Source of the DNA: Azolla caroliniana
Lineage: Eukaryota; Plantae; Polypodiophyta
Length of the DNA stretch: 64,000 bases
NCBI GenBank assembly: GCA_043228905.1
Contig: JBHGNT010000012.1
Span: 19,158,001-19,222,000, forward strand
Direction: 5' to 3'
Part shown: piece after piece, positions 37,893-48,986 of the stretch
Position numbering within the stretch: position 1 is the first letter of the stretch
How the letters are laid out: every line of letters starts with the position of its first letter
Translations under genes and position numbers: made by a program
The notes under the pieces: generated by a model
Database searches by the model: none
Told to the model about the DNA's origin: nothing
The model's input: only the letters and a program-made list of their open reading frames with translations

Positions 37893-38896
37893 GGCCGGGA
37901 GTGGGTTCGAAGTGCAAGGCATTTTCCCACGGGCGTGCCATGTGTTGGCCGGTCAGAAGATCAAGGACAAGTGGGAAGGCGGAGTCGGATCGGATAATAG
38001 GAAGTAAATAATAGTATATTTATTATTCGGAGGGACGGATCCGGTACAGTTGTACCGATCCGGATCCGGACCAATTCGGATGCCGGTTGCCTAAGCGCAC
38101 CGATTGTAACCTTGCCGGATGCCTATAAAAGGATCCGATGATTTGTAAATGCTTGACGGAAGTAATACAATTATACTTATTGCGTGTTTATCTTTGTCTT
38201 TGTATTTTTTTACCGTCTGTGCTTAGTGTAATCATCTTACGCGTGTAACCTAGCATCCAATCCTTACCACCCCTTTGGAGAAGTGTCGGATAGACACCTG
38301 TGTTGAGGCTAGTCCGGCCAGGCATATAACAACAAACATATATACCCTCCTTCATGTAGGTGTTCCTTGACGATATGTGGTGTTTTAGTAGACATTGACA
38401 TACTCAAGCACATTGTTACAAAAGACGACATTGTCATCAACTCTAGCAAAGCAAAAACCCCACTTGATGTGCCAATTCTTAAAAATGTTAAACAACTGTA
38501 TTCATCATTACCTTGTTGATCTCACGCTACCACTCCATACCGTTGTTCATTGAATGTCATTTAAATGGATGAACATCAAGATTCAGGTTTGCCACTTGAT
38601 TGAGTCTAAAATGTCCATGTATTTGTCAATGCATCCAACTAAGTGATCAACATGGTGTTGATGTAGTTGTATGACCCCAAGTTGGTATCAATTGTGTATT
38701 ACTCCATCTGCAAATTAACAAACACCAATCTTCCCCTCTTAAAGACCCACCTATGAACAAGGGGGAGGGAGACTTTAATTTTCCCCAAATGCCCTTCCAT
38801 TTGCGAACAATTTTATACACATCAAGTCTGCATATCCCTCCTTATAAAATTTAAACACACATATTCTACTAAAAATAATACTATATATAATATACA

Positions 38897-39362
38897 TGTT
38901 ACTCTTGGGCTGGACTTGGCCGCTAACACAAGGTATCCCTTCGGATAGAATACTTATCCAAAGGGATGGTCGGAGATATGGATTATTATGCATCACTAAT
39001 AAATATAACTATCTAATTATAGTTCCAAAATACATTCACCGTATCCGTCAATAAATTACATGCGTGAGATACTAAGTTATGGCACAGATGACAAGCACAC
39101 AATATAGACAACAAGATAAACAATCAATTATATTACTCGCACTACTTCCGTCTATTACAATCAATCCGGATCCTTTATATAGGCATATGGTAAGGTTACA
39201 AAACGGTGCCTCATCTGGGTACCCGATTACAAAACGGTGCGGATCCGGATCGGTACAACTATCCGGATCTATCCCTTAATACTATTCTATATATTATATA
39301 TCTTCGGCTTTATCCTCTGATTCACACCTCTGCCTCCGGATCATACTCTTCCTCAGCCAACA
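38897..39362 (-). mobile_element. Solo LTR (466 bp) of a family related to gypsy-C, inverted
   Basis: Minus strand reads TGTTGGCT…agttgtaccgatccggatccgcaccg…gtaacctt…tgcctatataaaggatccg…cttgtgttagcggccaagtccagcc…TAACA, collinear with LTR 28334-28722. No clear TSD. Confidence 0.8.
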
Positions 39363-42300
39363 TATTATCCATATACAAATACACATCATATTATCCATAT
39401 ACTTATTTTTTTTACACCTTCATAGGTAAACACATGTTTACATGTAAGCACAACACCATGTATGGGTATACATTTGTGAATAGTACAACAAACTATGGCA
39501 TATTCAAACACTTAATAATTTGTCGTTCATTTACAAGATACAATCTTAAAATGGGAAAATCATAAGTGCTTTGATACATATCAAGTGGGGAATTATTCAC
39601 ATGCAATTCTTCATCAAGGATATCATCTTCGCTAGTCCAATTCTTTGGGTGGTTCCCCTTAGCTTTCTCACACATGCACATTAATATCGCGACAATAGGC
39701 AACCACTCTGACAATGGTGTAAGCAACACACCCCCCCCCCCCCCCCCCCCCCAATTTCCCCCATCACACTCAGAGACTAATGTTGCGAAGATGTTGAGGA
39801 ACACTTACAAAGGGAAGAGGCCTCTAATACTATATTGGAAGGGTTGCTACAATTTCCCTACAAGGATATGAGGAAACCATTCCAACCAAAACTTGCATCT
39901 TCGCATGTACAACTGACGTGCAACTCTTGGACTACTACCATTGCAAGCCATATCCATGAACTCGAAAATATGGGCACAAAAATAGGCCCACACTTGCACC
40001 AATTAAGATAAAGATGCTACGATCAGTCGCCTTATTGTTAATGGTTTTATGGTTAGGGTTAATGATAATCATTATGATGGAAATAGGGTTAACGATGATG
40101 ATGATATGCATGTTGATGGTGATGGAGATGATGAGGATTGCGGGATGTACATTGAGAATCTTTGCGAGGTGGGGGGTGGTGCCTAGAAGGGCTCCACCCC
40201 CCTCCCAAGGGGGTTCAACGTGAGGGAGAAGGAAGAGAGAGAGAGAGAGAGATGACAAGAGAGAGAGAGAGAGAGAGAGAGAGAACTTTTTCTTATTCAT
40301 TCATTCCCCATAAGGGGTTAAATAGTTCAAAAAGGGTAGAACATAGGGGTGCAAGCCCCCTTCACCATTCACACTAGTCACTCACTCGCACCTCCTCGTA
40401 TCTGTCCACATGCACACACGTGTGCATGTGTTCACATACGTATCGACTCACACACACAATTACACATATATAAATTTACACATACACATCAACCCTTTAC
40501 TTTTTCACCCTTGTTACACTCAACTCTCTGTACATCTCGTACGGTAACAATTATCTAGCAACTAACTGTCAAACATTTCCGCACATTGAGAATCTCAGAC
40601 AAAATCAATGTGATTGTGGACTGTGTGTGACCATTTTAGACAACATGCAACTAATGTCACCATCTTTGTTGTGAAAATACGTGCGTGTGTGCGTGTGTGC
40701 ATGAATGGTGAGTGGAACTACTACGGTTTTGAACTAGGGAAGGTACCACTCTTCATTTTTCTTTAAGTCGAGCTTTTGATCTCAATCTATGGGGGTACTC
40801 TTGAAAAACACGCATGTGTATGTTGGAACATAGAATTGCACCTACATGTTGAGCGAGAATATTTATGCTTACGTGAAGGTGAGCTAGTGCAATATATGTT
40901 TCTTCGAAACATGAGCATGAAGTCATATGTATGTGCTCTAGTGTATGCTTGTTATTGCAATTGATGAGTTTGTGTGCACGTGAGTGTATATGTCTTTGTT
41001 TGTATTTTACACGGATGTGCATGTATGTTTCTGAATTAGAGTGTTTGAAAATATATGATAATGTGCATATCTGAACATAACTTATTTGTATGTTGCGAGT
41101 GTGCAGTGGGTGTGTATGTGTGTGAAGGTATGTACATGTTTAATTTTCTCAAGGGGAAATGGGGTTTTTGTTTTTATTGCTATGTGTGACTTGATTTTAT
41201 TGAATAGGGAGGAGCATACTAATTCCCTCCCTTCCTTTTATTAGTGAATGAAAAAGGGTGTCAGTTTCTTGGGTTCTTATGTGTGAAACGTATTCGCATG
41301 TTGGGGGCAGGTAGTTGTTTGCCACGTCTCCTTTTTCCCCTCCATCACCGCTACTTGAGGAGTGGTTGCAAGGACTTTGCCCTTTGTCTCTTCCTTTTTT
41401 CTTCCTCCTTTTCGTAATGTGGAGATTGGTTTCACACGAGGGAATCCTAGTTGGAAATCTCCAGACTCCACGTGACCCTTGGAATTCTAATCAATTAGGT
41501 AAACACAATACTAAAATGTTTTTTCCCTTCGAGTAATCGAGTTACCCGAAGGATCTTTCAACCTCGCGAGTTCCTCCTTTTCCTACTATTGTGAGATTTT
41601 GTCCACTAAAATGCAAACTTCACACGGTTTGTTGGACATCGAATTCCTCAAGCAACCTTAAAATTGGACCTTTAATTTGTTAGGTATTCTTTGTTTAGGA
41701 CACACCTTGTAGAAAATGGGTCGACCTTTCCCACGTTGTCTTCTTCGACAATGTGATGATGATGTTGCTAATTATGATGATTGTAGTGGTGGAGATGAGG
41801 TTTATCACATTGGCTTTGTAAGCGTTGAATGGCAATGCTTGGTTAAGAGTGATTAGTGTTAGGGAAGAAGAAAGATGGGGATGATGAGATTGGATAGATG
41901 AAACATGAAGAAAGAAAAAGGCAAGGTTAAGAGTAAGAGGTAAAGAAAAGATAGACCATTGAAGAAGGGAGAAAGTTATGGGTTAGCCTGTAGGCCCCTA
42001 GGCCCTAGGGTGAAGTTGGAGGTGTGTAAGTAAAAAAAGAAGAAGAGGATAAACATGAAAAGGATGAAAAGGAATAAGTAACCTAAGAACAAAACTAAAG
42101 AACAAGTCCACTTCATCCAATCATGATTCACAAGTATAAAAACTATTAAAAAGTAAGCTCCTTTTTCTTATATTTACTCTCCATGTAATGACAACCCGAG
42201 ACAATACTTGTCGAATATCAATGTCATTCTGGCAATCACCACCATGCACCTATCATTAATGTTATGGCGTGGCAACGGTTTTGCACATGAGATTGAAGAC

Positions 42301-45083
42301 CTTAGAAGGGCATATTACATCATACATATACAATAATTAAAAAGGATTGTACATGCATTTATCATTTGCAAAAGAAAACGGGTCACTATAAACAAAGATC
42401 GTATGATAATAGAGGTTCAGTCGCGGTTGGGTTCTCTTCTTGATGGAGGGAGGAAGAGAAGAATGCAAAAACCAACTTTTTGCAATGTAATGAGTACATT
42501 AATGAACTTGTCTGAATCTCTTGTACACATAAATATAGAAACGCGCAAAACTAGAAGAGAGTTATAAATTCATGATTTCACTACATTAATCTATGTTAAA
42601 TCTCAGCAAACCAAATGCAATGCTAATGAGTATCATTTTTGTGGTGCATTATATATTTTAAACATACGCATACAATGTACATATAAGGTTGTGACGTAAT
42701 GAGACAAACATGTGTGTTTTAATACTTGCAATAACATGAAAACTTCAATGAGAGGTATGTAGACATTACTATCAATCGGATGACACAATTGGTATATGTT
42801 ATTCTAGTGCGCGATACATATAAATTTGGGCATCATCAATCAAAGCTGCAAATTCTACATCGGCAATTACAATCAGAATATGAAGGACACAAGAAATGCA
42901 TTTTACACAGTGCACACAAACATCTTATTTCGAAATATGTTACAAAACATGCTCTTATTTCGAAACATGTTACACAACATGTTCTTTTTTTTGAAACGTG
43001 TTACTTTAGTGGATACAACATAAGTACATTGTCAAAATCATCTTGGATACATAAATATGACATTATGTGTTCTACACAATTCAAATGCATCACCTCTTTC
43101 TCAGTAATATATTGATATCTTTCGAAGATGACTCATAAACCTTCACCAATCGTGAAAACTTCATCCAAGTTTCCTAGAAGAAACAAACAAATCCGTCCTA
43201 AATATATAAGCTTTAGAAAAAAATCTCAAATCGCATCACATTATATTGGTTCACAAGGTTGGCCTTTCATATGTGGGTAGTAAAAAGGGACAATGGCTAT
43301 ATCGTCCTTTCCAAATGATTTTCAAAACCAAGAAGAATTGTTGGCTATGTCACTTCCTTCTTTAAGAGGTAGAGGTAAGGCATAACAAGCCGTCATTTGC
43401 TAAGGTAGAGTCCCTTTCTAACTATGAATGTGTTCAAATGACCATTGATATCGCATTTCACCCATATTTCAACCACATTTGTGTGGTTCATACGGTTTCA
43501 CACCTCGTAAGGCTTGTGACGTTTCAACAAATCAACCTCAAAGCCTCTCGAGGGCCACCTTCCCAACATTGCCCCTTTATTTGTGATTTGTCTTACAAAT
43601 GTCGTTATCTCTTTAACCATATACCTTACAATCATTATCACCATAATTGTTCGTCTCATTTTTTTGTCTCAATCAAATAATAATAAGCCCAAGCTCTTAT
43701 CTCATGCATTGAATGATGTTTTTTTAGTTGGAACAAAGACGCCTGATATTTTTTGTTGAGGGTCTTATCGGGTGCCATGTAAGAGGGAAGAGATAAGATC
43801 TAAGGTTTTCAACATAATGTCTTGTTTTAGACCTAAACCTAATGTCTTATAAAGTCATTGTGTAGGGCCTTTTAAAAAGACAATGGCATGCCATCAATCC
43901 ACTAGGCAATGACCACCGCCTCCACCCATATAAAAGAATGCCTTATAACAAAAAAGTGACACTTGAATCGATGATCACTGAGTTCCCTTTGATTTTTTTA
44001 CCAATCAATGGGAGATACTTTCATTTGAATCATTCATGTTATTTGGGTTGGATCTCCCAAGCTTAGCTATTGTTTCCTTGGTGATATTTTTATGGATTTA
44101 TTTTATTCTCATCAATCTCTCGAATATGTAAATCTACTCAGCCTTCATTTCATGAGCAAATGCGCTTCATCATGTCTACATTGTGGCAATAGATGTAGCA
44201 TCACTACTTGATAAGTTGATTGAATATCTAACAAATTAATTAATTAATTATGGTCAACAATATTTGAATACCTTTTACACATTATCATCATCCTAAGCAA
44301 ACCTATTTTTAGCTATTTATGACGTTCATTGCACCGATGTGGCACTATGAGTAATGCGGAAATATCATTCATAATATCCACCTCACTGCCCAATATATAG
44401 CATGCCCCAATACACCTACCCACACTTTGCCCTATTAACATTTATAGGCCCCATGGACTATATATCGGTGCCTAAACTCCTTGTATATGTGCCCAAAGGC
44501 CCACTCTTGCATGCTATTTATCAAATATTTATAATTAGGTTCACATGTAAATACATGTGATGAAGAAAAATAGGTAACCTATCATGTTGCAATGCCTTAT
44601 TTATCTACGAGATTTGCGGGAATTGTATTGCCATGTGAAACCTACTACCTATGTCCCTTGTTGTTCACACTCGTGCCACACCACATTGCCCACCCCCCAA
44701 CTGACTACACAGAAAACATCGTGGCATCCGAAGAAACTGAGCATCCGATCACAACCGGTGTGGATGGCAGACCCAACTAAGACTGCGAGAAACTATGGGC
44801 CTCATCCATCTGGGTGTAGACTCAGGCAATCCTATCCAAACAAGCAGTGATGTGATACACTTTATTTCTTTTGATGCGAGAATATGCAAACCCAACTGAG
44901 ACTCGAGAGAAACCGTGGGTCTCATCCATCTAGGTGTAGATGCAGGCAATCTTGTCCAACACGGGTGCGGGATGTAGATTCTCACCTTCAAAGAAATAGA
45001 GCATATCACATCACAACTTGTTTGGACGATAGACACTAAATGTGGTCGCGAGCTATGAGAAAACCACGAGGCTAATCCATTAT

Positions 45084-45520
45084 AGGTGTAGAAGACTCAA
45101 GTGATCTAGGTGTAGAGGACTCGAGCAATCTAGGTGTAGAAGACTCAGGCAATACAGGTGTAGAAGACTCCGGTAATACAAGTGTAGACTCAAGCAATCC
45201 AGGTGTAGAAGACTTAGGCAGCCTAGGTGTAGACTCAGGCAATACAGGTGTAGAAGACTCCGGTAATACAAGTGTAGACTCAAGCAATCCAGGTGTAGAA
45301 GACTTAGGCAGCCTAGGTGTAGACTCAGGCAACCCAAGTGTAGAAGACTTAGGCAATATAGGCGTAGAAGACTTAGGCAGTCTAGGTGTAGACTCAGGCA
45401 ATCCAGGTGTAGAAGACTTAGGCAATCTAAGAGTAGAAGACTCAAGAAATCCAGGTGTAGAAGACTTAGGCAGTCCAGGTGTAAACTCGGGCAATCCAAG
45501 TGTAGAAGACTCGGGCAAGC
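45084..45520. repeat. Minisatellite of 24-bp and 21-bp units (AGGTGTAG[AAG]ACTCAGGCAATCC) with a perfect 90-bp higher-order duplication
   Basis: About 19 units. 45141-45230 is identical to 45231-45320. Single related units occur in longer repeats near 44810 and 44930. Confidence 0.92.
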
Positions 45521-46101
45521 CAACTGGAAGGCGAGGTGAGAGATGAGATGAGATGAGATGAGATGGGAGTGACAGGGGGGGTATGTATTGAGGGGTGGAG
45601 AAAGGGCATGTTGTGGCAAAAAAGGTAGAATAAAAGTATGTATGCATGAAGAAGAGATTGATTCTAAGGGTTTGGGCCTAACTCACACTCTCTAACTTCC
45701 TCCTCCTGAGAGTTGCCAATGACTTCTCTTGACCCAATGACTCCTTCTCCTGAGTCCTGAGTCCTCCTCCTGAGAGTTGTCTTAAAAGGAAAGACAACAC
45801 GAGGAGTGGCCAGATTCATAATTATCTGAAACAAGGGGCCTGCTTTGGCACACTCAGAAAGTTCAAGAAGAAGAAGAAGGAGAAGAAGGAGAAGAATTAA
45901 TACATTCATCTGCACGCGAGAAGAGCGAGGGACTGCCTCGTGCCCCCTCCTTTTTCTCTTCTCTCTTCTCTTCATTCCTTTGAAAAGAAGAAGAAGAAGA
46001 AGATCCAGAAGAAGAAGAACAGAGCACCTCAAGGAACAGAGCACAACACAATAGAAGGAAAGAAGACTGACACAGAAACAGAGCAAACCCTAGGAACAAA
46101 G

Positions 46102-46104
<3 letters not shown>

Positions 46105-46148
<44 letters not shown>

Positions 46149-46285
46149 CGATGGAGGAGGAGGAGGAGAAGAATGAATAAGAATAAGATGGGGCCAAATT
46201 TCACTATACAATCCATGGAATAATGCTTCTTCTTCATCACCATCACCATCACCATCACCATCACCATCACCATCACCATCACCAT
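46105..46285. repeat. (GA)n, (GGA)n and (CACCAT)n microsatellites upstream of the WAT1-related gene
   Basis: (GA) run 46105-46145; (CACCAT) run about 46235-46285. Confidence 0.9.
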
Positions 46286-46322
46286 CTTCTTGTTTTTCTT
46301 CATCTGAAGGACCCGCCCACAT

Positions 46323-47453
46323 ATGGCTTCTTCCTCGCCTCTGCTCTACGGATTGAAGAGCTTCGGGGCTCGGCTCCTGGGAAAGACGAGCGCCGCGGTG
46401 GCAAGGCGAGGCGAAGGTGTCCACCTCCATATCCACATCTCCACCGCCTTGGTTCAGATGCTCTATGCTGGTTTCCAAGTGTTGGCGAGCGCAGCCCTCT
46501 CGGTCGGGGTTAGTCGATATGTATTCCCTGTCTATCGGAATGTCATTGCGTCCCTCTTCCTCGCCCCCTTTGCCTTCTTCCTTGAAAGGTGAGTTCTCTG
46601 ATCGGAAAACCCTTCTTCACAAAAAGCATTCAATTTCATCCTATCCCATCCCATCCCTTACTGTACTCTGGTTGTACCTTCTTATTTGATTTCATCTCTC
46701 TCTCTCTCTCTCTAGATACCATAGACATGGATATGGATTCTTAATGTTACCATTTCTTGTTCATTTCCTTCTTACCAATTATTTTGATTAAGTTTGATAC
46801 ATTTTGGCGCTTTATTATGCTCTCAAATGTGTCCAGAACAAAGAATCATCTCTCTCTCTCTCTATATATATATATTAACTAGGGTTTAGAGAGCGCCTGG
46901 TATAGTAATTAGGGTTTAAGGAGAGAGATGCTCTTGTTATAATAACAAGGATTTAGAGAGACAGATTACTTTGTAATGTCCACGGGGAAATGGATTACGA
47001 TCAATGGGATGGGATTGAGCCCATGGCCAGAAATGTTATTTCTGTATATATATATATATTAACTTGGGTTTATATTGAGAGATGCTATTACCATAGTTAA
47101 TGGGGTTTCTCTCATGTGCATCTAGTAATTGCTGATCTCAAATGGAAACATAACAATATATTCATACATGTTACCAACAAGCATATGCTGAAACTGAGGT
47201 TTCTTCTACTTGTAATGCCAGGCAACATAGAAGACCTCTCACCCTCATCAAGCTATCCCAATTCATGCTATGTGGTTTTATTGGGTAAGTGTTGTTATTG
47301 CCGATTGTTCATTCTCATGGTGTCTCTATATGTAAGAAAAAGAAGATATTAGAGAGAACATGTGATCAATCTTTTTTTACATTATCACTCTTATTGTTCT
47401 TAATTACTAGTTGCATATGCTTTGTGGAAAGAAAGAATGGAAGGAAAGGAAAC

Positions 47454-47532
<79 letters not shown>

Positions 47533-48986
47533 TGTGTGTGTGTGAGCTCATGTTTTCTATGTTGATATACTAAATCTGGACCACAATCTTCAAAATCTAG
47601 ATTGTCTCTTTTCTAATCTGTCGGGCCTGCACACACTATACAGAGTGTGCGTCAATCAGACCCTTTTTCTCGCGGTTTGTATTATACTTCTGCAACATGT
47701 GCTTCGGCGGTTTCAAAACCTTGTTCCCGTGTTCACGTTTGGTATTTCGGCATGCCTGGGGTAAAAACTTAAAAAGACCTCTAATCTATTCTCTGTTGCA
47801 AATAACATTAAGAGGAGCTTTCCATTTGAATGCTTCTTTGTTTTTTTTGCATTTTGTTCTAGAATCGAGAAAATACGAATAATGAGGAGGGAGGGTCNNN
47901 NNNNNNNNNNNNNNNNNNNNNNNNNNNNNNNNNNNNNNNNNNNNNNNNNNNNNNNNNNNNNNNNNNNNNNNNNNNNNNNNNNNNNNNNNNNNNNNNNTCC
48001 AAATTTTAATGAAAGCATTTAGTTAAGAGATGGAAATATTGTGATAGATATTTCATGACAGGAAAATACAAAAGCTGGTTTCTAACTAGATAGTAAAATT
48101 AAACCTCAGTCAAATGTTATTAGTCCTTTTCATTTAAATAGCTCTTAAAATTTTCCCAGTTGAAAATCTAACACGTCTCATCTCTTAAAATATATGTAAA
48201 GATGCTCATTTGACATTCTCGCCTTTCATCATGCCAGACGCCGATCTTGAGGGACTATCCAGCTCATCTATCAGTAACGGCATTCACGTATGCCCTAGGG
48301 GCACTTCAACTTGCCGTTATCGCCATATGTGTTGAAAGAGATCTTTCCACATGGGCATCAACATTTTACTCGGACATACCTGCTGTCCTGTATGGGGTAT
48401 GTATGTAGAATGGCATGGAATCTCTACCCGTAACAATAGTTCTTTGAAGCACATCTTTAATTCTTTTTATTGATCAAACTTATGAGTGCATGCATGCATG
48501 CAAAACACAGGGTCTTGTGGCCTCTGGTATAGCAATGACATTACAAGGTTGGTGTGCGCATAAAGGAGGACCTGTGCTTGTTGCGGCTTATCAACCCTTG
48601 CAAACAATCATCGTGGCTATATTATCTTCACTTTTCTTGAAAGAAACATTCTACCTGGGAAGGTAAGAACTCTGGAAAAGCCCATTGCCTTGGAAAAAAT
48701 TGTATCGTCATAGAGAGAAAAGTTTTGTACGACATGGTTTTCTATGTCAAAGTGATTGGTATCATAATGCTTGGCATTTTTCTGTTCTAGCTTGCTTGGT
48801 GGATGCCTTATAGTGATTGGACTATATTTTGTCGTGTGGGGGAAATCGAGAGAAAGAAGAGTTGAAGCAATGGAATTGGAGGATAACATCATTTCAGGAG
48901 ATTGTGATTCATCACCAATTTGTTCTGTCGATATTCAAGAGGTCCTACAAGAACCCTTACTTGGGGGTGCAAATGCAGACAAATGA
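46323..48986 (+). CDS. WAT1-related / UMAMIT (EamA, nodulin MtN21) transporter. Exons 46323-46588, 47222-47284, 47644-47760, 47863-(gap), 48238-48396, 48511-48662, 48791-48986
   Basis: Family motifs VQMLYAGFQVL…FPVYRNVIASLFLAPFAFFLER | QHRRPLT…GFIG | VCVNQ…FQNLVPVFTF | IEKIRI…G | ILRDYPAHLSVTA | GLVASG…QGWC…GGPVLVAAYQPLQTIIVA…E.FYLGS | LLGGCLIVIGLYFVVWGK…EPLL. GT-AG introns. Exon sizes 63/117/159/152 bp are typical of this family. Confidence 0.93.
47898..47997. other. Assembly gap (100 N) removing most of exon 4 of the WAT1-related gene
   Basis: The run of N begins 35 nt into exon 4 (…IMRREG). Confidence 0.99.

Larger units (their letters stand above)
28334..38331 (+). mobile_element. Full-length young non-chromoviral Ty3/gypsy element (gypsy-C, 10.0 kb) with an extra 3' ORF
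   Basis: 389-bp LTRs 28334-28722 and 37943-38331 (about 5 mismatches by eye). TSD ACAAA (28329-28333 / 38332-38336). PBS tggcgaccac at 28729-28738 (tRNA-Arg-like). Domain order Gag-PR-RT-RH-INT; no chromodomain. Confidence 0.96.
27100..38771 (+). mobile_element. Highly decayed Ty3/gypsy-B pol relic (27100-28333 and 38337-38771) hosting gypsy-C
   Basis: Remnants EYRDAFAQSY…LDPRFYQHQIHLK, MNPNY…IKEEINK, KNGKIQVCADYHKL, MMFGPK. After the insertion: YIPSFM*VFLDD. PPT-like aagggggaggga at about 38759-38770. Confidence 0.75.

Noticed and set aside
45084-45520. CRISPR-like array
   Set aside because: Units are contiguous with no unique spacers, there are no cas genes, and the context is eukaryotic. 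It is a minisatellite.
45664-46478. Low-complexity ORFs (poly-L, MV, GD, RE, SL repeats) as genes
   Set aside because: They are by-products of (GA)n, (GAA)n and (CACCAT)n microsatellites.
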